Assembly (NCBI GenBank): GCA_050246815.1
Contig: JBFWVI010000026.1
Coordinates: 22,819-43,953, forward strand
Reading direction: 5' to 3'
Source: Bdellovibrionales bacterium
GTDB taxonomy: Bacteria; Bdellovibrionota; Bdellovibrionia; Bdellovibrionales; UBA1609
DNA: 21,135 bases
Shown here: piece by piece, positions 1 to 9,183 of the stretch
Layout: each line of letters begins with the position of its first letter
Numbering within the stretch: the stretch's first letter is position 1
Made by a program: the position numbers and the translations under genes
The notes under the pieces: model-generated
What the model saw: the letters and a program-made list of their open reading frames with translations, nothing else
Database searches by the model: none
Told to the model about the DNA's origin: nothing

Positions 1-2693
1 TCACGCACCACGCGTTCGAATTCCACTTTGCGGTGTTCGATGGTGACTTGGTTGGTGCTTAAAGATTCTGTGTTTTTCTGCGACTCTTCACTCATTTTGG
101 CGATCTGTTCGTTCACCTCAAGCAAAGACTTTTCAACCATTTCCAACTGGAAACGAAGACCTTCGGCCTCTTTCAGCTTCGAGGTTGAATCCACTTGCAG
201 CGCGCTGACTTCGCGGCTCAATTCGTCCACGCCACCGCGCGATTGTTCATATTCAGCCGTCAATGCGGCGACACTGTTTTCAAGCTCAAGCTTTTGTGTG
301 CGCAGCTCAATCAAACGTTCATTCAACTGATCTAAGTCATTTCGAACGGCCAAAGCGCCGGCTTCGTCACGTGAAACGTCGTGGCTTTGCTTCTCGTAGG
401 CGCGCTGAGCATTGCTAAGTTCGGTCTCGGCACGTTCGAGGTCTTTTTTAAGGCCTACGATCATCAATTCTTTTTCACTTTGGCGGCGTTTTGCGCCTTC
501 TAGCTCCGTGGTCAAGCTTTCAAGCTGAGCCTGCATCTTCTTAAGAGAAGCCTGTGCCAAAGCCAATTTGCCGGCCCACTCTTCTCGCAAGCGCGACAAT
601 TCTTTGATTTCACGACGGCGTTTCAGCACGCCCGATTCTGCTTGGCCTGCATCGCCACCAGTCAACACACCCTCGTGGGTCAAAGTGTCGCCGTCTTTGG
701 TGACATAGGTAAAGCCTTCGTAACCCGAGCCGCGCAAACGTAAGGCTGTGCGAATCGAATCGACAATTGCAACGCCACTTAAGAAGGGCTTTACTTGGGC
801 GGCGAAATTTTCTGGGATCTGTGCAATGTCTTCAAGCAGGCCCTGCACGCCCATCTCTTGCTTCATGCGTTCGCGCGATTCGGCCAACACATCGCGGTTG
901 GGGTTCCAATCGGCCGCCACAAAACTTGAGCGGCCGTTCTTTTGTTCTTTCAAATAATCCACGGCACCTAACGCGGCATCGCTGGATTTCGACAAGAGTA
1001 GTTGCAAGCGATTGCCAAGAGCGGCTTCCATGGCCAATTCGTATTCCGCCGGAACCTCGATGACTTCGGCCACGGGTTGAAATTCACTCTCACTTTCAAC
1101 CGAGCCGTCCGCACGCACCACTTGGCGCGAGCGCTGCCACAACATGACGTTTTTCACGCCGTCTTCGAAGCCTTCGAAGTTGGCCTGCAAATTTTCTAGG
1201 CCATAAAGACGCGATGAAACTTTATTCAGCTCGTCCTTAAAGTGCTCCACCTCACCTTGGCGGCTCTGAACTTGAGTGTGCAGCAATTCCATATTTGACT
1301 GATAGGTCTCGACGTCTTTGACGATGTCGAGTTGCATCTGGCGCTCGCCTTCCAATTGACTGAACAAACGATTACGGCGCTTTTCAAACTCTTCTTTTTG
1401 TGTGCCCAAATCGGCATAGACAGCACGGGCGGTTTCTAGGCGTGCTTCGATTTCATGGGCTTTTTCTTCCAAAGACATTGTGCGCGCTGAAATGTGCGAC
1501 TCACTTTGCGAAACGGTCAGCATCTCGCGACGCTTTACGGTCAGGTCTTCATCCACCTGGCGGATGCGCGCTTGAATCGCATCCAATTCGGCACGGCGAG
1601 CTTCGTACTTGCCTTTGAGTTCTTGCGCCAATGCATCCGTGGTTGTCAGCTGAAGACTATATTTGTCCTTTTCGATGTCTAAAGCTTGTTTGCGAGCTTC
1701 GTACTGGTTTTTGATACTGCCCGTCATCTCTTCGGTGCGGCGGGCTTGCTCGATTTCAAATTGCAACTCGCGCACTTCGCGCTCTAAGCGCTGGGCAGAA
1801 TCACGGCGCTCCTGGTGTTTAGTCTGCCATTCTTCCACCAACTTTTCGCGCTCTAAAACCGAAAGCTTTAGACCTTGCAGCTCGGTCTCTTCGTTTGAAA
1901 GGTTGGCCGAGGCCTGAAGCTCTTCGCCCTGGGCGGTGTTAAAAATTTCAGCGGCCGCTTTAGCTTCGGTGTTCATGGTCAAATAGCTTTTGGCCGAAAC
2001 CCAAAGTTCTTTGTCTTGGGCTTCTTTTTTAAGATTACGATAGCGCTCTGCGCGCTGGGCCTGGCGCTGTAGGCTATCCAGGTGGCGCTTTTGTTCACCG
2101 ATGATGTCTTGCAAACGAATCAAGTTCTGCTCGGTGGATTCAAGCTTGCGCTGTGATTCACGCTTACGAACTTTAAATTTGGTGATACCGGCCGCTTCCT
2201 CGATCAAGGTGCGACGGTCCTCAGGTTTGGCGGTGATGATCTTACCGATAGCGCCCTGTTCGACGATCGAAAAGCCTTTCGAACCCGCGCCGGTGTCCAT
2301 GAAAATTTCTTGGATGTCACGCAAACGCGCGACCTCTTTGTTGACCAGGTATTCCGAATCGCCCGAGCGATACAGGCGACGAGTGACCATGATTTCAGAA
2401 AATTTAGAGTACTTGGCCGGGAATGGACCGCCGTCGTTTTCTAAAGTGAGGCTGACCTCGGCCATACCCACGGGGGCATAGCCATCGGCGCCGGCAAAGA
2501 TCACGTCGGCCATATTGGCGCCGCGCAAGTGTTTGGCCGACATTTCGCCCATCACCCACACCAAAGCATCGACTATGTTCGACTTGCCGCAGCCGTTAGG
2601 CCCCACGATGCCGGTGATACCGGCATCAAAATGAATCACGGTGCGATCTTTGAAAGACTTAAAGCCACAAAGTTCGAGTTTTTTAATTCTCAA
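1..2693 (-). CDS. smc: Chromosome segregation protein SMC, N-terminal ~897 codons; runs off the left edge
   Basis: Manual translation from TTG at 2693 gives MRIKKLELCGFKSFKDRT...GITGIVGPNGCGKSNIVDA (SMC head, Walker A), then coiled coil and a hinge ending ...TLTHEGVLTGG. GGAAGG precedes the start, which overlaps the ppdK stop (TTGA). The frame is still open at the edge (...KVEFERVVR). Absent from the ORF track because the stop lies outside the window. Confidence 0.96.
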   Translation of the reverse strand, partial: MRIKKLELCGFKSFKDRTVIHFDAGITGIVGPNGCGKSNIVDALVWVMGEMSAKHLRGANMADVIFAGADGYAPVGMAEVSLTLENDGGPFPAKYSKFSEIMVTRRLYRSGDSEYLVNKEVARLRDIQEIFMDTGAGSKGFSIVEQGAIGKIITAKPEDRRTLIEEAAGITKFKVRKRESQRKLESTEQNLIRLQDIIGEQKRHLDSLQRQAQRAERYRNLKKEAQDKELWVSAKSYLTMNTEAKAAAEIFNTAQGEELQASANLSNEETELQGLKLSVLEREKLVEEWQTKHQERRDSAQRLEREVRELQFEIEQARRTEEMTGSIKNQYEARKQALDIEKDKYSLQLTTTDALAQELKGKYEARRAELDAIQARIRQVDEDLTVKRREMLTVSQSESHISARTMSLEEKAHEIEARLETARAVYADLGTQKEEFEKRRNRLFSQLEGERQMQLDIVKDVETYQSNMELLHTQVQSRQGEVEHFKDELNKVSSRLYGLENLQANFEGFEDGVKNVMLWQRSRQVVRADGSVESESEFQPVAEVIEVPAEYELAMEAALGNRLQLLLSKSSDAALGAVDYLKEQKNGRSSFVAADWNPNRDVLAESRERMKQEMGVQGLLEDIAQIPENFAAQVKPFLSGVAIVDSIRTALRLRGSGYEGFTYVTKDGDTLTHEGVLTGGDAGQAESGVLKRRREIKELSRLREEWAGKLALAQASLKKMQAQLESLTTELEGAKRRQSEKELMIVGLKKDLERAETELSNAQRAYEKQSHDVSRDEAGALAVRNDLDQLNERLIELRTQKLELENSVAALTAEYEQSRGGVDELSREVSALQVDSTSKLKEAEGLRFQLEMVEKSLLEVNEQIAKMSEESQKNTESLSTNQVTIEHRKVEFERVVR

Positions 2694-5413
2694 TGTTCAA
2701 CCTTCCGCTGCTGAATAGCAGCTTGTGCGGCCGCTAAACGCGCAATCGGAACACGGTAGGGAGAGCAACTGACGTAATTAAGGCCCACCGTATGGAAATA
2801 CCGGATGCTGGCTGGATCTCCCCCGTGTTCCCCGCAAATTCCCAACTTAATATCCGGTCTGGACCTTCGTCCCAATTGAACCGCCATTTCGATCAGTTTG
2901 CCAACACCTTTTTGATCGATTGTGGCAAAAGGATCGGCATCAAGGAGTCCTTCGGACACATAAGTGGCCAAAAACTTGCCGGCGTCGTCACGGGAGATCC
3001 CCAAAGTCGTTTGGGTCAAATCATTGGTGCCAAAGCTGAAAAATTGGGCATGTTCGGCCAAATGATCGGCCAGCAGCGCCGCACGGGGCAATTCGATCAT
3101 GGTTCCGACCATGTAGTCGTACTTCAAACCAGTTTGTTCCTGCACTTTGCAGACCTCATCGTCCACCAGCACCTTCATGCGCTTCAACTCCCCTTCGGTT
3201 CCGACGATGGGAATCATGATTTCAGGGGTCAGCTTTTTGCCCTTTTTCACCATTTCAGCTGCGGCTTCGGCAATAGCGCGAGCCTGCATTTGATAAATTT
3301 CGGGATAGGTGATGGCCAAGCGGCAACCGCGATGACCTAACATCGGGTTGAATTCTTGCAGGTTTCGAACCTTGTTGCGCACGCGATCGGCGCTCCAGCC
3401 CAGGCGCTCAGCCAATTCCACAGTCTCTTCTTCGCTATGAGGTAAGAACTCGTGCAGAGGTGGATCCAAAAGACGGATGGTTACCGGGAAGCCATCCATT
3501 GCCTCAAACAAACCCACAAAGTCTGCCCTCTGCATAGGTAACAGTTGATCCAAGGCGGCCACGCGCTCTTCGTAGTTTTCGGCCATAATCATCTGACGAA
3601 CCACGTCGATACGGTCGGGACCAAAGAACATATGCTCGGTACGGCACAGACCAATTCCTTCGGCACCAAAACCACGCGCCACCTTGGCGTCGGTGGGAGT
3701 GTCGGCATTGGCGCGCACGCCAAGGCCACGATATTTGTCGGTCATCTTCATGATGCGGGTGAAGTATTGATCCAGCTCAGGTTCGATGGTTTTCACCTCG
3801 CCCAAGAAAACTTCGCCGGTTGAACCATCCAAAGTAATTTGATCCCCGGTCTTAATCACAAAACCCTTCACTCGCATTTCGCCTTTGCGATAATCCACGT
3901 CGATGTCACCGCAACCGGCAACACAACATTTACCCATGCCTCGCGCCACCACGGCCGCATGCGAGGTCATCCCACCGCGTGTGGTCAGCACACCTTGAGC
4001 TGCAATCATGCCTTCGATGTCATCGGGCGAAGTTTCAATTCGCACCAAAATCACTTTTTTGCCCGCATCTTTGGCCTTCACCGCCTCTTCGCTATTGAAC
4101 ACCACGGTTCCGGTGGCACCGCCGGGTGATGCCGGCAACCCCTTGGCCAAAGTGGTCTTCACCGCCTTGGGATCTAAGGTTGGATGCAGCAATTGATCCA
4201 AGCTTTGGGGCGTGATGCGCATCAGCGCCTCTTCATCGCCGATCATTTTTTCGTCGATCATATCGCAAGCAATCCGCAAAGCCGCCTTCGCCGTTCGTTT
4301 GCCGTTGCGAGTTTGCAGCATATAAAGTTTGCCGCGCTCAATGGTGAATTCGATGTCTTGCATGTCGCGATAGTGTTTTTCAAGTTGTTGATAAACTTCA
4401 ACCAACTGCTTGTAGGCCGTGGGCATCAAAACCTCAAGCGAGTCCATTTTCTTTTCTAAACCCTCCGCCTTGGTGATCGGCATCGGCGTGCGAATGCCCG
4501 CGACCACGTCTTCGCCTTGGGCATTGACCAAAAATTCGCCAAAAAAAGCTTTCTCGCCCGTCGATGGGTTGCGCGTAAACGCCACGCCGGTGGCGCTGTC
4601 ATCACCCAGATTTCCGAAAACCATCGACTGAACGTTAACGGCCGTGCCCCAAGAGCTGGGGTAACCATGCAATTCACGATAGGTCATCGCACGTGGCGTG
4701 TTCCAGCTGCGGAACACCGCCGAAATCGCACCCCATAACTGCTCTTTGGGATCATTTGGAAAGGCTTGACCGGTCGACGCCAAAATTTGCTTTTTAAAGT
4801 TCTGAACTAAAGCCTTCAAATCATCGATCTGAAGCTCGGAATCTTTTTTATAACCTTTGTGATCTTTCAAATCTTCAAGGGCTACTTCAAGCAGCGAGGA
4901 ATTCATGCCCATCACCACGTCCGAATACATTGTCAAAAAGCGGCGGTAAGAATCCCATGCAAAACGTTCGTTGCCCGCCTGTTGAGCTAAACCTTTGACA
5001 GTTTCATCGTTCAGACCCAAATTCAAAATGGTGTCCATCATACCGGGCATGCTGGCGCGCGAGCCCGAACGCACGCTGACCAGTAACGGATTTTTCGTAT
5101 CGCCAAATTTTTTGCCCACCAATTTTTCTGTGCGGGCCATGTATTCGTCGGTCTTGACCTTCAAAATTTCAGGCAAACGCTGATTGTTGTCGTAGAACAC
5201 CTGACACATTTCGGTTGAGATGGTGAATCCCGGCGGCACAGGCAACCCCATCGAAGTCATTTCGGCCAAGTTTGCACCCTTGCCACCCAAAGTATTTTTC
5301 ATTCCGGCATTGCCCTCGGTTTCACCGGCGGCAAAGAAATAGATGAACTTTTCAGGCAACTTGAGGTTTGCTTTCGAGGACGTGGTCGTACTAGCCATAT
5401 TGGTGTTCCCCAT
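2690..5413 (-). CDS. ppdK: Pyruvate, phosphate dikinase
   Basis: LGGKGANLAEM, PLLVSVRSG..SMPGMMDT, GGMTSHAAVVARG (phospho-His), GIGLCRTEHMF, FSFGTNDLTQ, GICGEHGG. Start moved to ATG 5413 (5398 is an alternative) because the longer ORF overlaps glyQS. Confidence 0.97.
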   Translation of the reverse strand: MGNTNMASTTTSSKANLKLPEKFIYFFAAGETEGNAGMKNTLGGKGANLAEMTSMGLPVPPGFTISTEMCQVFYDNNQRLPEILKVKTDEYMARTEKLVGKKFGDTKNPLLVSVRSGSRASMPGMMDTILNLGLNDETVKGLAQQAGNERFAWDSYRRFLTMYSDVVMGMNSSLLEVALEDLKDHKGYKKDSELQIDDLKALVQNFKKQILASTGQAFPNDPKEQLWGAISAVFRSWNTPRAMTYRELHGYPSSWGTAVNVQSMVFGNLGDDSATGVAFTRNPSTGEKAFFGEFLVNAQGEDVVAGIRTPMPITKAEGLEKKMDSLEVLMPTAYKQLVEVYQQLEKHYRDMQDIEFTIERGKLYMLQTRNGKRTAKAALRIACDMIDEKMIGDEEALMRITPQSLDQLLHPTLDPKAVKTTLAKGLPASPGGATGTVVFNSEEAVKAKDAGKKVILVRIETSPDDIEGMIAAQGVLTTRGGMTSHAAVVARGMGKCCVAGCGDIDVDYRKGEMRVKGFVIKTGDQITLDGSTGEVFLGEVKTIEPELDQYFTRIMKMTDKYRGLGVRANADTPTDAKVARGFGAEGIGLCRTEHMFFGPDRIDVVRQMIMAENYEERVAALDQLLPMQRADFVGLFEAMDGFPVTIRLLDPPLHEFLPHSEEETVELAERLGWSADRVRNKVRNLQEFNPMLGHRGCRLAITYPEIYQMQARAIAEAAAEMVKKGKKLTPEIMIPIVGTEGELKRMKVLVDDEVCKVQEQTGLKYDYMVGTMIELPRAALLADHLAEHAQFFSFGTNDLTQTTLGISRDDAGKFLATYVSEGLLDADPFATIDQKGVGKLIEMAVQLGRRSRPDIKLGICGEHGGDPASIRYFHTVGLNYVSCSPYRVPIARLAAAQAAIQQRKVEH

Positions 5414-5427
5414 GTTTTTTACTCTTT

Positions 5428-6792
5428 CTAAAAATCGTTCAGTTTGTCGGCGATGTACCTTTTCAACTGACTTAAATCGATGCGGTCTTGCTTCATTGTA
5501 TCGCGGTGACGAACAGTCACTTGATTGTCTTCTAAGGTTTGAAAATCGATGGTCACACACAAGGGCGTGCCAATCTCGTCTTGGCGCCGATAGCGTTTTC
5601 CGATTGAGCCGGCCTCATCGTATTCAACGTCCCACTCCAGAGTCAGATCATCAAACAGCTTGTTGCCGATATTGGCCAAAGGCTCTTTTTTTGAAAGTGG
5701 CATAATCGCCACTTTGCGCGGCGAAAATTCGGGCTTCAGCCCAAGCACAACACGAGTGTCTCCGTCTTCGCCGACATTTGCGACCTCTCCACCGCCACTA
5801 CCAGACACTTTTTCTTCGCGATAGGCATCGCAGAGCAAAGCTAAAGCTAGGCGATCACAACCAACTGCGGTTTCAATGACGTAAGGGATGTATTTTTCTT
5901 TCGCGGCTTCATCAAAATACTCGATTTTTTTGCCCGAAAATTTGGCGTGCTGTGAAAGATCGAAGTCGCTGCGGTTGTGCACGCCCTCAAGCTCTTGCCA
6001 GCCAAAGGGGAATTCGTACTGCACATCGAACGCGGCGCGAGCGTAGTGGGCCAGCTCATCAGGACCGTGCTCTTTGTAACGTAGCTTGTTTAAGCGCATA
6101 CCGATTTGTTTGTAATAGCTCCAGCGGGCTTCTTTCCAGGTTTCAAACCACTTCATATCGGTGCCGGGCTTAACGAAGTATTGCATCTCCATCTGTTCAA
6201 ACTCGCGGGTGCGGAAGGTAAAGTTGCCCGGCGTGATTTCGTTACGGAAGGACTTGCCGATTTGCGCGATTCCAAACGGAATTTTTTTGCGCATGGATCC
6301 TTGCACGTTTTCAAAGTTCACGAAAATGCCTTGAGCAGTTTCAGGGCGCAGATAAACCACCGAGGTCGAATCTTCGATAGGGCCCATAAAGGTCTTGAAC
6401 ATCAAATTGAAATTGCGTGGCGCCGTGATGTCGCCAGAGCCACATTTAGGGCAAGTTTTTTTGCCATCTTTGATCGTGGCGTGATCTTCGCGAAAGCGGT
6501 TCTTACAGTTTTTGCAGTCGACCAAGGGATCTGAAAAACCATCAACGTGGCCCGAAGCCTTCCAAACCGTGGGGTGCATCAAGATGGCGGCATCAAGGCC
6601 CACAATGTCTTGCCTGCGGGTCATTGCTTTCCACCACGACATTTTTACGTTGAATTTGAAGCTGGCTCCCAGGGGCCCATAATCCCAGCACGAATTCAAA
6701 CCGCCATAAATCTCACTGCTTTGAAAGACATAACCACGACGCTTACAAAGCGACACTAAGGTCGCGAGATCGTTCAGATAAGTGACTGACAT
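5428..6792 (-). CDS. glyQS: Glycine--tRNA ligase, homodimeric (alpha2) type
   Basis: [62 protein letters not shown]; CxxC...CxxC insertion. ATG 6792 follows GAGAGG. Confidence 0.97.
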   Translation of the reverse strand: MSVTYLNDLATLVSLCKRRGYVFQSSEIYGGLNSCWDYGPLGASFKFNVKMSWWKAMTRRQDIVGLDAAILMHPTVWKASGHVDGFSDPLVDCKNCKNRFREDHATIKDGKKTCPKCGSGDITAPRNFNLMFKTFMGPIEDSTSVVYLRPETAQGIFVNFENVQGSMRKKIPFGIAQIGKSFRNEITPGNFTFRTREFEQMEMQYFVKPGTDMKWFETWKEARWSYYKQIGMRLNKLRYKEHGPDELAHYARAAFDVQYEFPFGWQELEGVHNRSDFDLSQHAKFSGKKIEYFDEAAKEKYIPYVIETAVGCDRLALALLCDAYREEKVSGSGGGEVANVGEDGDTRVVLGLKPEFSPRKVAIMPLSKKEPLANIGNKLFDDLTLEWDVEYDEAGSIGKRYRRQDEIGTPLCVTIDFQTLEDNQVTVRHRDTMKQDRIDLSQLKRYIADKLNDF

Positions 6793-6842
6793 GAAACCTC
6801 TCTTCGGGATGCAAAAGGGGTAGCACAGGAACCAATTTCTGG

Positions 6843-6882
6843 CAAAAGGTGCCTGGCACCTTTTGGTTGAGATTTGCGTCAA
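6843..6882 (-). repeat. Copy 1 of a 40-bp element with palindromic core (REP-like)
   Basis: Minus strand reads TTGACGCA-aatctc-AACCAAAAGGTGCCAGGCACCTTTTG. The core at 6843-6865 has perfect 11-bp arms around one base. Confidence 0.85.
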
Positions 6883-6919
6883 AACTCGAAAAGGCAGGCC
6901 GTGACCTCTCAAGACGTGC

Positions 6920-6935
6920 AGGCACAGTTGCTGCT
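6920..6935 (+). promoter_or_regulatory. Possible sigma54 -24/-12 promoter for the downstream + strand gene
   Basis: aGGCACagttgcTGCt has GG-N10-GC spacing and resembles TGGCAC-N5-TTGC, ~75 bp before the TTG at 7011. Confidence 0.35.
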
Positions 6936-7010
6936 AATTCTTCGGCGGGCCCCTCAATTTCAGGTTAAGCCCATGAAATGGCTTATTTTTTTAGATCTGG
7001 AGAGACGAAT

Positions 7011-8267
7011 TTGAGCCCCTTGTTCAACTCTTATGCAAAAGCATCTCGAGTGTCGCTGGCGACACTGCTCTTACTTTTGACCCAAGGCACTCAATCCCCG
7101 GCCAAAACCCCAGCTTGGTTGGACCCAGTCCTCGTGACTTTTTTCTTAAGTCCTGATTGGGCACCAACATATGGCCCCGAATTCGAGTTTACCTCGCACG
7201 AAATTGTGCGCGATTGGCCGACGGATAGACCCAAATTTTTTGCAATCGACAATAAAACGTTGATCGATGGACGCGAAGGGGTCCTACAAAAAAAGTTGGT
7301 GGCAGCCATACGCCTGAAATGCCAAACAACCGGACGGTGCAAAGTGTATGAAGACCTGATCGCCGGGGAAGACCAAATGACCGACAGCCTGAATAACCCC
7401 ATTTATTTTTTAAGATTCGAAGACAATCTTTGGTTCAGGATTGAAACCGATCCAGGCTGCGTTGAAGTGCAAATGACTCCTTCAACCACGGACCAGCTTT
7501 ACGACATTGAAAAACGAGCGCGACACTTTATATTCGAAACCGCTTTTGAGTCTGGTCTGATCGTCGAAGACGGCGGCAACGGTCACTTCAATATCGGTAT
7601 AGAAAGTGCTTTTGGTCCCTATGGCTTGGCGCTTTTAAGTTATATCGCCGATTACGCCAATTTTCCCGAGCTCAGCTTGGGCGCGCTTGGGCGCAACCTG
7701 GACACCGCCCCACCCATAAATGGATTAAGCCTGCTGCAGCGGCGTGCTTTCGAGGCTTTGCTGCGAAAGGTACGCGCTCAACGCCTTGCCAATCCCGATT
7801 TATCTTTGTCGACCGAAGAGGTGGCACAAAAGATCGCGCACGACGTTTATTATCAGTCTCGCACGCGCGGATTTAATGGCTACCATGATCAAGCCATTAG
7901 CCTGTCCACCTCGATACCAGATGCATTTGAATACAAACGCCTGAAAGACCTTCAGCGCGCCGAACATCGCGACAATTTCGCGCAACCCACTTTTCGACAC
8001 TTTATCCTTAGGGGCGAGCTGTTCGAATGGCGTATGCGCCATCTGGTGCGCCAAGGTTTACCCCTGGAATACAAAGCCCCTGAGCGCTTTCAGGCACGCC
8101 ACTCAAAACAAGCTTTGGTCGACGCCCTTTTCCGCTACGTGGGGGCCGACATAGAGCGCTTTGTTTACTTTCGCCCCCTGCTACCCAATCACTTGCAAAA
8201 CATCTGGCCCACAAAAGCAAAAAGCGCACAGCCTTGCGACAGTGCGCTTCTACGTAACGTGCTTTAA
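7011..8267 (+). CDS. Hypothetical exported protein with amidoligase (carboxylate-amine ligase)-like motifs
   Basis: Long ORF; in-frame TTG 7011 follows GGAGAG (ATG 6978 is an alternative). Signal-like N-terminus (KASRVSLATLLLLL). Ordered motifs GPEFEF, TDPGCVEVQMTP, GNGHFNIG, QAISL, RAEHR. The gene call is firmer than the functional call. Confidence 0.65.
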   Translation: MSPLFNSYAKASRVSLATLLLLLTQGTQSPAKTPAWLDPVLVTFFLSPDWAPTYGPEFEFTSHEIVRDWPTDRPKFFAIDNKTLIDGREGVLQKKLVAAIRLKCQTTGRCKVYEDLIAGEDQMTDSLNNPIYFLRFEDNLWFRIETDPGCVEVQMTPSTTDQLYDIEKRARHFIFETAFESGLIVEDGGNGHFNIGIESAFGPYGLALLSYIADYANFPELSLGALGRNLDTAPPINGLSLLQRRAFEALLRKVRAQRLANPDLSLSTEEVAQKIAHDVYYQSRTRGFNGYHDQAISLSTSIPDAFEYKRLKDLQRAEHRDNFAQPTFRHFILRGELFEWRMRHLVRQGLPLEYKAPERFQARHSKQALVDALFRYVGADIERFVYFRPLLPNHLQNIWPTKAKSAQPCDSALLRNVL

Positions 8268-8273
8268 TGAGCC

Positions 8274-8795
8274 TTACTCTGCGAATTCCGCGCCGACCAG
8301 CAACCACTCACGGGTTTGAGGGTCTTCAACTAGCAACGCTTCGCCGGCCATGAAGGCGCCAGTGAATTCGATCACGTTTACATTCAATTGCGTGTTGCCC
8401 TTCAAAATATCGCGGACCTCACGCGCCAGGATTTCACGCGGGCGGGCACTGCGAAACTCCATCTGCTTAGTCGACAAATCCGTAGCCCAGCGAACGGCAC
8501 GCTCGGTGCTGAACACGGGTCTGACTTCGACCTCATGCACAACATTGGGTGCCAGCACGCGATGGACCACTTGTTTGACGGTGTTGTTGCGCGCTTCTGC
8601 GCCCTCTTCGACCATGCGCTGAGCACCGTTAATCAACCACACATTTTCATTCTGATTAAACTCAGCCACCTTCACGTACTCAGCGCGAATCGCGCGCAAA
8701 TCCTCGCTCTGCAAGCGCTTCACAGACTCGAACTTGGCGCCGAACGCCGAAAAGCTCGCGACACTTAAAACCAATGCAACAAAAGTTGTTTTCAT
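8274..8795 (-). CDS. Hypothetical secreted protein
   Basis: Sec-type signal peptide MKTTFVALVLSVASFSAFG/A. GGAGG is 5 nt from ATG 8795 but only 2 nt from ATG 8798. No recognised domain. Confidence 0.85.
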   Translation of the reverse strand: MKTTFVALVLSVASFSAFGAKFESVKRLQSEDLRAIRAEYVKVAEFNQNENVWLINGAQRMVEEGAEARNNTVKQVVHRVLAPNVVHEVEVRPVFSTERAVRWATDLSTKQMEFRSARPREILAREVRDILKGNTQLNVNVIEFTGAFMAGEALLVEDPQTREWLLVGAEFAE

Positions 8796-8889
8796 CATAC
8801 CCTCCCCGGTATGAGCGCATACTTACGCCAGACACGATCACGTATGTAGCCTTGGAACTCGGCAGGCAAAATCTACAAACCGCCTCAAA

Positions 8890-8931
8890 TTGACGCAGCG
8901 CTAAACCAAAAGGTGCCAGGCACCTTTTGGT
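8890..8931 (+). repeat. Copy 2 of the 40-bp palindromic element, inverted relative to copy 1
   Basis: TTGACGCA-gcgcta-AACCAAAAGGTGCCAGGCACCTTTTG(GT); 36/40 identical to copy 1. The core at 8905-8931 has perfect 13-bp arms. Confidence 0.85.
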
Positions 8932-8984
8932 GTTTCAGGGTGACGCGAAATTGATTGGATTTTGTCTGAGTTTTGGACTCCCTC

Positions 8985-9013
8985 TCGACCTTTTTTATGC
9001 GTGGCGTTATTCT
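8985..9013 (+). promoter_or_regulatory. Putative sigma70-type promoter of the riboswitch-containing RNA
   Basis: TCGACC (8985-8990), 17-bp spacer, TATTCT (9008-9013). Predicted start ~9020, just before a hairpin at 9024-9047. Confidence 0.45.
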
Positions 9014-9183
9014 AAGAACCTACTCCTATGTAACGGACGTTATAGGAAAAGGGGGAGCCTGTGGTGCGAAGACCTAGGGACATGCGTCTCGACCCACCGC
9101 CGAAGTGACGATGCGGTTGAGGTTGTAGAAGGATCAAATAACTCTATCCCAAGGGGGTTTGCAGTTAAGAGGATCCAATGCTC

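Noticed and set aside
28..2714. Short ORFs listed across the first 2.7 kb
   Set aside because: Antisense or out-of-frame shadows of smc.
5414..5560. N-terminal extension of ppdK in the ORF track; similar extensions for glyQS, mrp, mltD and batC
   Set aside because: They overlap neighbouring genes or regulatory DNA. Downstream starts have better SD sequences or restore signal peptides.
2792..6759. Plus-strand ORFs opposite ppdK and glyQS
   Set aside because: Antisense shadows of conserved genes with no recognisable motifs.
6817..6845. TTGCCA-17-TACCCC as the glyQS promoter
   Set aside because: Spacing is right, but the -10 lacks the conserved final T, so it is too weak to call.
6877..6882. 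TTGACG in the repeats as a -35 box
   Set aside because: The position 17 bp downstream is GTGCCA inside the palindrome, not a -10 box, in both copies.
8815..8830. TGGCGTAAGTATGC as a sigma54 promoter on the minus strand
   Set aside because: GG-to-GC spacing is 9 or 11, not the required 10.
6843..8931. Repeats as a CRISPR array or autonomous IS ends
   Set aside because: Only two copies, 2 kb apart and inverted. No spacers, cas genes, transposase or evident target-site duplication.
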